Shown: piece by piece, positions 1-13,300 of the stretch
Layout of the letters: every line of letters starts with the position of its first letter
Position numbering within the stretch: position 1 is the stretch's first letter
NCBI RefSeq assembly: GCF_006345805.1
Contig: NC_043016.1
Span: 2,170,001-2,234,000, forward strand
Length of the DNA: 64,000 nucleotides
DNA from: Octopus sinensis
Lineage: Eukaryota
Reading direction: 5' to 3'
The notes under the pieces: generated by a model
Database searches by the model: none
Told to the model about the DNA's origin: nothing
What the model saw: the letters and a program-made list of their open reading frames with translations, nothing else
Made by a program: the position numbers and the translations under genes

Positions 1-163
1 ACGACAGGCTTCTTTCAGTTTCCGTCTACCAAATCCACTCACAAGGCATTGGTCGGCCCGGGGCTATAGCAGAAGACACTTACCCAAGATGCCACGCAGT
101 GAGACTGAACCCGGAACCATGTGGTTGGTTAGCAAGCTACTTACCACACAGCCACTCCTGCGC
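1..163 (-). mobile_element. tRNA-derived SINE family 1, 5' half
   Basis: Reverse complement of the element at 3113-3270 (GGAGTGGCTGTGTGGTAAG...GGTTCAGTC head, cttgggcaagtgtc core). Confidence 0.8.
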
Positions 164-599
164 GTATAAGTGACTTTTCTTAAGTATGCTGGTGTGCAGC
201 TTCCCTCCTTGCAATTAAATTTTTGTAAATATGGAGTAACAGAAACTCTAAAATCCGACGTTTCATTTATACATAATGTCCTGAAAACTTGCATGCAATC
301 ATCGTGGTATTTCAACTGTACATTAATTCACACACACATGTATACATTAAACATTACATTTTGGATCAATTTATTTAGTTCATTTTTCTTATTTTTAATG
401 TTTTATCGAGTTCGTTAACCGAGTCAAGTTACTGACAAATAGAGTAAGGTTCAACGACGAGAAAGGCTGAATGAAACAGATGTCCTGCTTTAAATTTAGA
501 TGCTTGGGTTTCTATCGGGATATGACATTTTAAATGTAACTGCCCTTTCGTGACATACGGAAAAGCCCTCTTTTTCTTTCAGCGTTTTATCTACGCTAC

Positions 600-648
600 A
601 ATTTTTATTATTATTATTATTATTATCATCATCATCATCATCATCATT

Positions 649-686
<38 letters not shown>

Positions 687-730
687 TATTATCATTATTA
701 TTATTATTATTATTATTGTTATTATTATTA

Positions 731-764
<34 letters not shown>

Positions 765-788
765 AATATAATTATTATTATTATTATT
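600..788. repeat. (ATT)n/(ATC)n microsatellite abutting the 3' end of a Dong-like LINE
   Basis: Direct reading of the trinucleotide repeats. Confidence 0.95.
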
Positions 789-3000
789 CTATGTTGAGTT
801 TTGCTTTATATTTGTACAAGTTGGCTCCAAGTCTCACCCAGAGACCTCAAGAGACAACAGGTTGGAAGTTCATGTTGTTGTTATGCTTAGTGTGCCATAT
901 ATTTGGGGGGTAGCTTTTGGTGTTGTACTAATGAATGTCTATAAAAAACAAAAAAAATTTTTTTTTTTAACCGAAAATTATGTTTGTTTTAAACCTTGAG
1001 ATTACATAGAAAGTATTTTGCGTAGGATATGACCAGTTCCCATGAGCACTATCTTTTGAATTTCTGCCATTTTGGGGTTTCCTGGTATCTGAGCTAGGTA
1101 GCTATCAGCCCCTTTTGCTATCATTCCCAGGGCACCTATGACAACAGGTATTGTTTTAGTCTTCAGGTTCCACATTTTGCTGATTTCTATTTCAAGCTCT
1201 TTATATTTGCTCAGTTTTTGGTAGGTCTTGACAGATTCGTTTATATCGATTGGGACAGTCATATCAATGAGGAGGCATGTTCTTTGTTTGAAGTCTTTCA
1301 ATATGATGTCTGGCCTATTTGCATCTATCTTTCTGTCAGTTTGAATGGTGAAGTTCCAGAGGAGTGAGATGTGGTCATTTTCAAGCACTGGGGGTGGTTT
1401 GTGTTCCCACCAGTTTTTTTCATGGGGCAAATCCAGGTTTTTACAGATTACCCAGTGAATATATTGTGCAGCTCTATCGTGTCTGTTGAGATAATCTGTA
1501 GGCGCTAGAAGACTGCACTTGGAGACCACATGGTCAATGGTTTCATTTTGTTGCTGGCATAAACGACACGTTGGACTGCTTCTGATCTTTAATATGTTGG
1601 CCTGGTAGTTTCTTGTTGGTAGCATTGATCTTGAGCTGCTATGATAAACCTTCTGTTTCAGATTTTAAGCCAGAGGCCATTAGCCATTGATGGGTCAGGG
1701 CTTTGTCAACATCTGCATTATTTGCTCTCTTTGGGTATTTGCCATAGAGAGGTTTTTTCTTGCCATTTATCATTCAGAATATCTAAGGCCGTAGATTTAG
1801 CACGGGTTTTCATGCACTTAGCTTTTCTGTGCCTGTTTTTCTTGTATGTCTATCTCTAATTCCGAAATTTGTTGTATTCGGAATTCACTTAGATATTCCT
1901 TGCCTGTTTGTTACTGAGTATGATGCTTTCTTGTTTTCATGTTTTGAGACAAGTTTTAATATCCAGTCCTCAGAGTTTTTCAGGTAGGTGTCTAGGCCAA
2001 TTGTAGTAATCTTCATTGTTATTGCCAGTTGTAAAAGTCCAACGGCCTCCCTCTTTTATTGGCAGATAAAGTCGTTCTGTATCTGCCTTAGGTGGTGCCT
2101 TCTATGCATTGTCAACAGTTTTCGAATTTTTCTGTCAAGATTACATATTTCAGTAATTTACCAGTTAACGATATTGAAACTGTAAGTCACAACTGGTATG
2201 GCTAATGCATTGATCGCTTCGATCCTGTTTCTCGCATTCAGCTCTGTCTTGAGTATTGCTCTTACTCTGCGATAACATTCTCTCCTGATCCTTTCCTTCA
2301 TCTCTGAATGCCTTATTCCCTCTCCTTCAACTACCCGTAGATACTTGTAGTTCTCTGCTGGGTCTAATTCTTTTATGACATTCTGCTGGTCAAGGTTAAC
2401 GTTAGATGTTTCTGTCATTTTTCCTTTGATAAAGGTAGCTTTTGCACACTTATCGAGGCCAAATTGCATTCTGATGTCATCACTGAATTGTTTGACAATC
2501 GCTAGTAAGCCCTTGAGTGTTTCTGTCTCCAGTTTATGTAGGTTTGTATAGTGTTCGATTTATCTGTGGGGAAATATATGGCATGGTAGAAGGCCGCAAG
2601 AACTTCTTTATTATCTTCCCTAGTCCATTTTTCCTTCTTTTTCTTTTGAGTGTTTGGTGACGAGCATGGATGGCCATCTGTTGTACGTCCAGCTCCTGTG
2701 TGTCGGGAAGATTTGATCCAGTAGCTGATTTTTCAATCAGACTTTGGTTCAATTTTTGGGTACGTGGTCTTTTGTAGTCCGCTCGCCGACCATTGCGGAT
2801 TGTAGGTTGTTTTGTTGACATTGAAGCATGACGAGCTTCGACTCTTACATTAATAGACGGATCTGTCAGTTTAGGATTCTCTGCACGTAAACATTGTTCG
2901 TAGCGCAACTTCTTAAGGCTAGCAGATCTGTATTCGTCTGTATTTTTTTTTTTGTTGATAGTTTTATCTCCGAGCATAGTTTTCCCTTCTTCTTTTTATT
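789..3000 (-). mobile_element. R4/Dong-clade non-LTR retrotransposon, family A, internally deleted
   Basis: C-terminal CCHC knuckle (CRLC...ETIDHVVSKC) and RLE nuclease (NRPDIIL...IDMTVP) at 1002-1625; RT C-terminal part (FGLDKCAK, YKYL) at 2158-2518; N-terminal-like RRKWTREDNKEVLAAFYHAIY region at about 2520-2980; 3' UTR ends in (TAA)n. Confidence 0.88.
1002..1625 (-). pseudogene. Zinc-knuckle plus restriction-like endonuclease fragment of the Dong-like ORF
   Basis: 207-aa ORF with a CxxC...HxxxxC motif and a PD..D-type RLE motif; upstream frame is broken. Confidence 0.88.
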
Positions 3001-3112
3001 TATTCATTCACTTTTTTTCCTTTTTTTGTAAACTTATGAAAGGTTCACTCTGCCTGTATTAGTTCGAAAAAATGAGAATAAAATACGAGAAAAAAAAAGT
3101 AAATAAACAAAC

Positions 3113-3282
3113 AGGAGTGGCTGTGTGGTAAGTAGCTTGTTTACCAACCACATGGTTCTGGGTTCAGTCCCACTGCGTGGCATCTTGGGCAAGTGTCTTC
3201 TACCATAGCCTCGGGCCGACCAAAGCCTTGTGAGTGGATTTGGTAGACGGAAACTGGAAGAAGCCCGTCGTATATATGTATA

Positions 3283-3318
<36 letters not shown>

Positions 3319-3575
3319 TGTATGTATGTATGTATGTATGTATGTGTGTGTGTATGTATATGTTTGTGTGTCTGTGTTTGTGTGTGTGTGTTTGTCCCCC
3401 CACCGTTGCTTGACAACCGATGCTGGTGTTTTTTCCGTCCCCGTCACTTAGCGGCTCGGCAAAAGAGACTGATAGAATAAGTACTGGGCTTACAAAAGAA
3501 TAAGTCCCGGGGTCGAGTTGCTCGATTAAAAAGGCGGTGCTCCAGCATGGCCGCAGTCAAATGACTGAAACAAGA
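3113..3575 (+). mobile_element. SINE family 1, full length, with internal (TATG)n/(TG)n
   Basis: tRNA-like head (GGTTCAGTCCC B-box-like), internal microsatellite, 3' part ending gcagtcaaatgactgaaac; A-rich flanks resemble a TSD (agtaaataaacaaa / agtaaacaaacaaa). Confidence 0.8.
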
Positions 3576-4525
3576 AAAAAAGTAAAAAGAGAAAAAAAAG
3601 AGTAAACAAACAAAAATAAGAATTATCATCATCACCGTCATCGTCATCATCATCATCATCATCATCATCATCAATGACATTGTTTTATGTGTAGTCACAG
3701 CGGTAGCTTATTAATATTCTTATTCCCATCACCATCGCCACGGTCAAGTGGTCATGTTCTATAAATAGATTCATCAGACGTTGGGCAAAGGACATTTTGG
3801 GTCAGGGAGAGGTCAAACCTGTTTACTAGTACCAGCGTTATCTTGAAAAGCAATCCAGCTATATATATATACCCATACACATATGTATATGTATATGTAT
3901 ATGTATATTCACACACGCATATTTTCTGATATTCACTTGATGATTTTTTTTTTTAATTTCTGAGTTCAATTGTGGTTGTTGCAATAAAGTTTACAATTGT
4001 GTTTGGGTAATATATTAAGTTTTTAAGTATTCTTGAGATGTCCATTTGGAAAAAAATAAATAAATAAATAAATAAGATTTTTGCAAAGGAAGATGTTTAC
4101 ATTTTCGAATGCTCAGAAAAGAAATGCTCGGAAATTTTTCTTTTCTTTTTAAAAGTTATGCTGTGGTTACAGTTTTTTGTAGTTGTGCAGTGTATATATA
4201 TATGGCATACGCTTACTACTTCCATAGTTTTTTATGTGCATTTATTGTGTTGTTACAATAAAAGGCAAAGAAGGCAGACTGTTCACACACAAAATTGGAG
4301 ATATTTATGATATTTATGATTCTAAATTCTTTGTTAGGTGTTCGCTTGTATGTGCAAAGCTGTAGATTAAGTTCCTTAGCTTATTTTGAGGGAAATTCAA
4401 ATTACTCACAGAAAACAGTAGATCTTCCAGTTTTTTCCATTGTCACGTCTGGGTTGGTCAGAGCAGCGAAAAAACACGTCCCTCTTCTATCACGTCCAGC
4501 CGCCTTCCTCCTTATTATTATATTA

Positions 4526-4562
<37 letters not shown>

Positions 4563-4565
<3 letters not shown>

Positions 4566-5375
4566 TAGTTTTATTTTTATAGCGAGCGTGCTTCACTTCA
4601 CTACCGAGCACAGCTCTGTGTGCCTTGGGTATGTGCTGTGATTTGTTGTGATGCTCTGATGGTTATAGTATGGAAAGTGTTCTGCGTAGGATGTGTGCAG
4701 TGCCTAGTAGTGCAATTTTCCTGTATGTTATATGTGTTTGTAAGTCCTGGTTTTTTGTTTATGTATTTCTGAAATTTTTTTTATCATGCCTAATGCACCT
4801 ACTATGATAGGAATTGTTTCTGTTTTCAGGTTCCACATTCTAGTTACCTCTATTTCCAGGTCTTTGTATTTTGAGAGTTTCTCCATTTCTTTTAGAGAAA
4901 CGTTGTCATTTGCCGGTATTGATACATCAATTAGAAAGCAATTTTTTTTCTCATGATCTCTGACAACTATATCTGGTCTGTTGGCCTTAATTTCTCTCTA
5001 TCTGTGTGTATCGGCATATCCCAGAGTATGCTTCTCGTTTTCTGTGACCTTTTCTGGTGTGTGCCTATACCATCTTTTTTCTGTTGTTATTCCATAATGT
5101 TGGCATAGCTCCAATGTATGTAGGTTCCAACTCTGTCATGTCTGTGAATATATTCCTTCTTAGCCAGGACTGGGCACTAGAGATAATATGATTTATTGTT
5201 TCTTGTCCATCTCCACATATTCTGCAGTTACTTGTAATATTTCTTTTCATTACATGTTTTTGGTAATTTCTGGTGGGGAGGCTTTGGTCTTGTGCTGCAA
5301 TTAAAAATCCCTCTGTTTCTGCTTGAGTCCTGAGCTTCTCAACCATTGCTGGGATTTTTCTTTGTCTATTTCTTT
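4563..5375 (-). mobile_element. R4/Dong LINE family B, 5'-truncated
   Basis: AETEGFLIAAQDQSLPTRNY...CRICG...ETINHI; 3' end ataaaactactg(AAT)n; (AAT/AAC)n on both flanks. Confidence 0.88.
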
Positions 5376-5385
5376 TGCGTTTATT

Positions 5386-5421
<36 letters not shown>

Positions 5422-5481
5422 ATTGTTGTTATTATTATTATTATTTTATTGTTATTGTTATCATTATTATTATTATTATTA

Positions 5482-5518
<37 letters not shown>

Positions 5519-6100
5519 GAGTGAGAGAGCAGTTCATGCCATCAAAGTGACACTGGGTAAAATATACGAAGCCCGTATAACCCATCATGACTACCGTCTG
5601 ATAAGGGTACACCAGGCACATGCATCACACCCATATGTGCGAGACATGGTGATCTCATATCAAGATAAACTGCACATGACCTTGCAGGTGGGGCCCAGTT
5701 AGAATTTTCTTCTCTGTCGAATAGCCCATTCCACTGAAAAGTGCCTGAATAAGGGTTGTTTAAGGATGTTGAAAGAACCACACATGTTTCCAGAGGTGAA
5801 TTATTCAAACCCCAAAGAATCCCTCTCAACACATGGCTATGATGCTCCCCCACTACTTTGCTCGTGATCAGAGATGCACATATCGTCAGCCACTAAGGGA
5901 CATGCTCACTGGTTACGGTCAAACACTGACAAGCAAATCTGTGGTATTGAGCAAATATTTGCTGTTGTCCATCTTTTATACAAACAAAACAATGTACATG
6001 ATAACACTTCCAATCAGTTAAGATCGGAAGCCATGAGAGCCACTGCCTGGTACTGCATCAGGGCATGTTAAGATCAGAAATCCATGAGAGCCACTGCCTG
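5519..6100 (-). mobile_element. ~550-bp non-coding SINE-like element in (TAA)n, copy 1
   Basis: Closely similar to 6228-6779 and 36996-37222; flanked by ATT repeats; 5' ~33 nt duplicated at 6068-6100. Confidence 0.75.
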
Positions 6101-6162
6101 TATTATTATTATTATCATCATCATCATCATCATCATCATCATCGTCATCGTCGTCGTTGTTA

Positions 6163-6227
<65 letters not shown>

Positions 6228-6779
6228 GAGTGACAGAGCAGTTCATGCCATCAAAGTGACACTGGGGTAAAATATACGAAGCCCAATATACCCATATGAC
6301 TACCCGTGTGATAAAGGTACACCAGGCACATGCATCACAACCATATGTGCGCGACATGGTGATCTCATATCAAGGTAAACAGCACATGACCTTGCAGGTG
6401 GGGCCCAGTTAGAATTTTCTTCTGGTTGAGTAGCCCATCCCGCTCAAAAGTCCCTGAATAAGGGTTGTTTAAGGATGTTGAAAGAAACCCCATGTTTCCA
6501 AAGGTGAATTATTCAAACCCCAAAGAATCCCTCTCAACACATGGCTATGATGCTCCCCCACTACTTCTGCTCGTGATCAGAGATTCACATATCGTCAGCC
6601 ACAAAGGGACATGCTCAACTGGTTATGGTCAAACAACTGACAAGCAAATCTGTGGTAATGAGCAGAATATTTGCTGTAGCCCATCTTTTATACCAAGACA
6701 AAACAATGTACATGATAACACTTCCAATCAGTTATGGTCAGAAGCCATGAGAGCCACTGCCTGGTACTGCATCAGGGCA
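6228..6779 (-). mobile_element. ~550-bp SINE-like element, copy 2
   Basis: Same sequence family and orientation as 5519-6065; (ATT)n on both sides. Confidence 0.75.
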
Positions 6780-6820
<41 letters not shown>

Positions 6821-6839
6821 TATTATTATTATTATTATG

Positions 6840-6920
<81 letters not shown>

Positions 6921-6923
<3 letters not shown>

Positions 6924-9597
6924 TAGTCTTATTTTTATCACGTGCACAGTGTGCTGGGTATGTGCTGTGGTTTGTTGTGATGCTCTTATGATTACTGTAA
7001 TGAAAGTGTTTTTACGTAAGATGTGTGCGGTGCCTAGTAGTGCAATTTTCTGTATGTTATATGTGTTTGTAAGTACTGGTGTTTTTGTTATGAATTTGAC
7101 TGAATATTTTTTTATCATGCCTAATGCACCTACTATGATAGGAATTGATTCTGTTTTTAGATTCCACATACAAGTTACCTCTATTGTATTTTGAAAGTTT
7201 CTTCATTTCATTTAGAGAAACGTTGTCATCTGCCGGTATTGATACATCGATTAGAAAGCATTTTTTCTTGATGGTCTCTGACAACTATATCCGGCCTATT
7301 GGCCTTAATTTCTCTATCTGTGTGTATTGGCAAATCCCAGAGTATGGTTGCTTTCTCGTTTTCTGTGACCTTTTCTGGCGTGTGCCTATACCATTTTTTT
7401 TGTCCTTCCATAGTTTTGGCATAGCTTCCAATGTATATAAATCCCAACTCATTGTGTCTGTGAATATATTCCTTCTTAGCCAGGACTGGGCAGCCAGAGA
7501 CAATATGATTTATTGTTTCTTGTCCATCTCCACATATTCTACAGTTGTGTTTCTTTTCATAAATTTTTGATAATTTCTGGTGGGGAGGCTTTGTCTTGTG
7601 CTGCAATTAAAAATCTTTCAGTCCTGAGCTTCTCAGCCATTGTTGGGATTTTACTTTGTCTATTTATTTTCTGTTTAGTTTAACCCAGTATTTGCCATGA
7701 AGGGGCTTTTCTTGCCATCGTTTATCATTATCCGTTGTTCCAGTTTTAGTTTGCATTTCAGTCGTTTTACAGTTTTTGCTGTTTCTTCTTTTTCTTCATA
7801 GCTATTAGGTGCCATGACCTATTTTTTGTTTTCGTCAGCTTCCTTGAAGACTGAAAACAGTTGTTTTGTTCGTGTTTTGTGACTATTTGTACTAGTTTTC
7901 CATGCTTCTAAAGTAGATATTTTTGTAGTCTACTACCTTCTATACGTTGTATGTTTACCTTTTTATGTTGGATTTTGGGTAGTGCGTCCTAAATTCTTTC
8001 ATTATTTTTCTTGTTTTCCTGTCTATGTTGATTAGTTCACTTAGAGTCCAGTTTAGGATATTGTAGCTGTATCTTATAACTGGGACTGCTAGAGGTTGAT
8101 ACTTATTATTTTGTTTTTCGCATTGAGCTCTGTTTTAAGTATTCATCTAACTCATCTATAGTATTCCTTCCTTATTCTCCCTTTCATTTGTGTGTGTTGT
8201 ATCATATCTAGTTCATGGATTCCTAAATATTTGCATGTCTGTCTTTGGTCTAATTCTCTTATTTCATTTGCTTTATCTAGTGTGATGTTGCTACTCTTAA
8301 CTTGTTTTCTTCTTTTCATGGTTGCTTTGGCACATTTTTCTAAGCCAAATTTCATGTTTATTTCCCTGATAAATCCATATACTGTCTGTAGTAATGTTTC
8401 CAGCTGTTTATCATTTGTAATGTACAGTTTTAGGTCATCCATATATAAGAAGTGGCTAATCCACATCCAGTTTTGTTTAGCATGCCAGATAAAGGTGCCA
8501 GTGTCAAACAGAAAAGGAGTAGAGAGAATGTATCTCCCTTGAATATTCCTCTTCTAGTGGAGATGGATTTGGTTTTTATGAGTCCTTCTTTTGTCTGGAG
8601 CTGTAGCACTGTCTGCGATTTATTCATGGAATGATTTATATATTTTATAATTATTAGTGCTACCTTGTTCATGGCTAATGTTTCTAGGATCCATGTATGG
8701 GGAATACTATAAATAGCCTTTTGGTAATTGATCCAGGCCAGACTTAGACCCTTCTTCTTTCTGAAGCTGTTTTCAGGTATGGCTTTATTGATCAGTAGCT
8801 GATCTTTTCAGCCGTATGAGCCCTGCACCATGTCTTTTGCTCTTCTGGAAACAGATTGTTTTCTTCCAGATGCTTGCTCATTCTCTGGGATATTATTGCA
8901 GTAAAGGCTTTGTAAATTATAGGGAGACAATTTATTAGTTTGTAATTTTGTGGGTTTGCCGTTTCAGTGGATTTGGGAATTAGGATAGTTTTCCCTTCCG
9001 TGAGCCATCCAGGTATTGTCTCTGGCTCTGCTAGTATTTTCTTAAACTTCTTAGCCAGCTTTTAATGTGTTCCTGTTGGGTATTTTAACCAGAATTTGGG
9101 GATCTTGTCGTGTCTGCGTGCCTTCCAATTGCTTGCCTTTTGCAGTGCCTGGGTGAGCTCTTCAGTTGTTATAGGGCTCCAGATTTGTTCAGGTGCTGAG
9201 TTCATAGTTTTGATAGACCTTTTCTGAGGCTGTTCCTTCGCTGGCTATATTTCTATCCGAAATTCTTCCACTTCTGCTGTTGGTGTTGCATTTTCGCCAA
9301 GTTCTTGGTAGATTCTTTTGGGGTTGGAAGTGAACTGTTTGTTTTGTTCAAAGAAACGATGGCGTTTCTCATACTGGAGGATCCTTTGTGCTTTAGCGCC
9401 GATATCTTCCTTTAGCTGTTCTTTTACCTCAAGTATACTTTGCTCTGTAATTTTGTATTTATATAGTATTATTCATCTCTTGTTCTTTAATAGTGTTCAT
9501 TGTCTACTAGTTTCATAAAGGATTGACAAATCCTTCGTCTTATTTTCTTTTTTGTGGGGTGATGATACTCCTGTTTGGGTGGGTTTGAGGGAGTACG
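6921..9597 (-). mobile_element. R4/Dong LINE family B, ~2.7 kb, 5'-truncated, decayed
   Basis: RT motifs (RGIFKGDTFS, LYMDDLKLY, FGLEKCAK), CCHC and NRPDIVVRD RLE motif; (TAA)n tail at 6781-6920; (AAC/AAG)n upstream. Confidence 0.9.
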
Positions 9598-9792
9598 TTG
9601 TTGTTGTTGTTGTTCTTCTTCTTCTTCTTCTCCTCTTCTCCTCTTCTTCTTTCTTCCTCTTCTTCTTCTCTTCTTCTTCTTCTTCTCTTCTTCTTTCTTC
9701 TTCTTCTTTCTTCTTCTTCCTCTTTTCTTTCTTCTTCTTCTTCTTCTTCTTCTTCTTTCTTCTTCTTTCTTCTTCTTCTTCTTCTTCTTCTT
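9598..9792. repeat. (GTT)n/(CTT)n microsatellite
   Basis: Direct reading. Confidence 0.95.
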
Positions 9793-10005
9793 AAGTGTGC
9801 GAGTTGGCTGAATCGTCTACACTCCAGACAAAATGTTTAGCGGCATGTCGTCCGCTTTTACGTTCTGGTTTAAGTTCCACCGAGGTCGACTTTGCCTTTC
9901 ATTCTTTCGGGGTCGATAAAATAAATCACTAGTCAAATACTAGAGTCGATGTAATCGACTATCACCTCCCAAAAAATTCCAGGCCTTGTGCTCATAGAAG
10001 AAAGG
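9793..10005 (+). mobile_element. SINE family 2 (degenerate)
   Basis: Contains gaggtcgactttgcctttcat.ctttcggggtcgataaa, shared with copies at 22640, 42140, 57454 and 61405. Confidence 0.7.
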
Positions 10006-10129
10006 ATTACTATTGCTTTTGTTGTTATTTCTTTTTTTTGTTGTTGTTTTTGTTCCCACAACGAACCGCGCACATTTCTTTCACAAAATTTACTGCAATG
10101 TAAACCACAAGACCAAGCGCTTTAACGCG

Positions 10130-10295
10130 TGCGCGCACGCACGCACACACATACATACACACTCACACACACACACGCTCACACACACATACACACTCAC
10201 ACACACACATACACACACACACACTCACACGCACACATGCACACACATATTTATATATGTACACAGACGAACAGACAGACAGACAGACAGATAGA

Positions 10296-10346
<51 letters not shown>

Positions 10347-10395
10347 TAAGATAGATATATAGATAATAGATACATCATAGATAGATAGATAGATA
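10130..10395. repeat. Compound (CA)n-(GACA)n-(GATA)n microsatellite
   Basis: Direct reading. Confidence 0.95.
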
Positions 10396-13300
10396 AGTTT
10401 CTTATTGGCCACACAGGGCTGCACACAGATGGGACAAGTTACAAGGTAGAGCTTTTCTTTTGGGGGATGAAAAAAAGGGGGTGGCGTAGGTTTTCGATCA
10501 AGAGGGATCGTAAAAGTGAAGAAAAGAACAACAAAATAAATAAAAAAATAAAAGAAAAAAAAGAAAAAGAAAATAAAAGAAAAAGAAAAGGAACAAAAGA
10601 AAAGAAATGAAAAAAGAAGAAAAAAGGGGAAAAGGGGAAGAGGAAAAACAACGATCAATAGGGATCGTGTATCACAGTGTTATATATATGTGTAAAGGGG
10701 AAAGCAAGTAAGGTTTATCCGTGGGAAGAAAAGCCTACGAAAAAGACCACGGTAACCTTGGTCAATATTGTTATATGTTACCACATTTGTTTGCAAGTGG
10801 GTAACCCTCTGTTTTCAATTTCTGGGTTCATAGGATTATGCTCAAGGTGACTTCGTCATCCATACGTGCCATCCTTGCTACATTCACCCATCTTTTTTTA
10901 AAACATTCGCTAGACAAAACTTGCCTCTCTACTCTCACTTTCCTTTTCAAGTAGTACTTGAAGAAGTTGATGAGAGATTGACCAGAGAGGAAAGTGTTTG
11001 TCTCCAATTCTTTCAGACGCGTCCACCAGATACATTCTTTCGCCATATCCACAAGGATGATGAAAATAGCTCTTCCTTCCCGTTTGAAGGAGGAGGCGTG
11101 ACAATATTGACATAGACTCAGCTGATAACCGACTCATCCCACACGTGACAGCAGTTGTTCGACATAAGCCCACAGGTCGGAAATTGTTGGACACTGCACG
11201 AGTGCGTGTAGAACGGTTTCGTCGCTCTGACCGCATCTCGGGCAGGTCGGCCCCGTGTTTCTCGAGCCGTGTCTGTAGAGCTTATCCCGAACGGGTAGCG
11301 CTTCTCGGTAGAACTGCCAAGCCAGGGATCTCTGGAAGTTGTCCATGGGCCCTGGCCCGAAAGTCGTCCGGAATAGGCGGGTCAGGTACTCCTCGTCGAC
11401 GTCCAGGTTCGCCCCGAGCTCGTCGTCGTACCTCCCCTCCACTAATCCCCTATAGAATGCTTTGGTTGTGATGAAGTCACTCACGGTCGAGCCAGGACGG
11501 CAGAGTTGCTTGAGAGCAACGCGACACTCGCGGTGCCATTCGCCCTTCCTCGGCCTATTTTTGATCCACGACTGCAATTCGGTCATGGAGACGAGCTGCG
11601 GGAAAGCGTGCCTCACAAACGGCGACCACACCTGTTCACCGTCGTCTACGAAGAGCCTGAGATGTCGCAGTCTCAGCGCGTGTCTGCGCATCATCAACCA
11701 CGGCATGCCCAGTCCTCCTTTTAACGGGTGTTGACAGCAAATGGATCGCCTGACCATCGGGACGCATCCTTTCCACAAGAAGCGAAAGAGAATGCGTTCT
11801 AGTTTTGGTGATGGTAGGGTCGGGACAAGGCACGACGGTCAGGCGGTAGTAGATGACGGACGCGATGTACGTGTTCGCCACCTCCGCCCGACCTTTTAGG
11901 GACAGTTTTCCTCTCTCGCCCATTGCCGGGCGAGAGTGACCACCCTACTCGTTATCTCGTTCCAGTTTTTCTCTCCATTTGGAGGTCCGGACCAAACCAG
12001 AACCGAGCAACTCAACCGGGCCGTCGGTCCAGCGTCCCACGACGGAGACGCTGGTGGACGGCATCGGCTTGCTTCTCCAGGTGCCTAGTCGCAAGCCCAC
12101 TGACTTTTTTCCGGTTGATTTTCGCTCCTGTCACCGCTTCGTAGTTTTTCAGTGTCTCGCCGACCTGCTCGATGTGCTCGTGGCTAGACACTATGACGGT
12201 GACGTCGTCCGCGTATGCAGACACGCTCGTCCCGCATCCCAGTTCTCGCGGGATGCCCCTCAAAGTTGCCAGCTTCCGCAATAATGGCTCGAGAGTCAAT
12301 ACGTATAGAAGCGACGAGAGGGGGGATCCCTGACGGACCGAACGTGCGATGTCGAAGGGTCTCGATAGATGTCCATTCACGCGAATTACCGAACGGATGC
12401 CTCTGTACAAAGTAGCTATCCAGCCGCGGAAGACGGGACCGAAGCCAGCCGCTCTGAGGACTGCCTCCAAGTAGCGATGGTCCACCCTATCGAAAGCTTT
12501 CGATTGATCCAAATTGATCAGCGCCCCACCAATGCCAGGTCGTTAACTACCCTGTCTATGATGTAGCGCATCAGGTGGAGGTTGTCATGGATGGTCCGGC
12601 CCGGCAACGCGCGCATGTTTGCGCCTTGTCGACCAGTTTCTCGATGACAAGCGCCAACTCTTGGCTAGCACCTTGGCCAAAATTTTCAAGTCTGCAGTAA
12701 GCAGAGTGATGGGCCTAAAATTATCTATTACATTCCCTTGTTTGGATCTTTCTTCAGCAGTGTTACGGCTCCTCGGCTCACAAAACCAGGAATGCTCCCG
12801 TTTTGCTGCCAGTTGCAGTACACCGCCGCCAAGAGATCGCCAAACAAGTCTGGCATACAATTGTAAAGCTCGTAGGGTAGACCATCCAACCCGGTGCTTT
12901 GTCCCTCGAGCATTCTGCCATCGCGTCCTGCACTTCCGCGCCGCCGTGATGGCACTTTCGCAGCACCCTGCCTCTCTTGTCGAGAGTCGTGGTAGGCTAT
13001 GTAGGTAGGCACTGAAGTCCACCCTACGTTCTTGCCCTCCACTCATCCCGAACAGTTGGGTAAAAATGCTGTTGAAAGACCTCACACATTTTAACTTGCT
13101 CGAGCAATTCGCACGCCCCTGTTCATCTAACCAGGACCCGAATGTTGGCTTGTTGCCCTGTTGCGCCTCTGCCACCCGGGCCCTCTCGCGGCTCCAACAC
13201 CTTCGTTCCCTAGAGGCACGCATCTTAGCTCTGACAACACATCCTTCGTGTTTGGCGTTGAAGTGTTGGTCGAGGGCCAACCTCGCCGCCAAAACGTCGG

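Noticed and set aside
6015-6065. Faint resemblance of the 550-bp element's 5' end to U2 snRNA segments
   Set aside because: Only short, non-collinear matches; could be chance.
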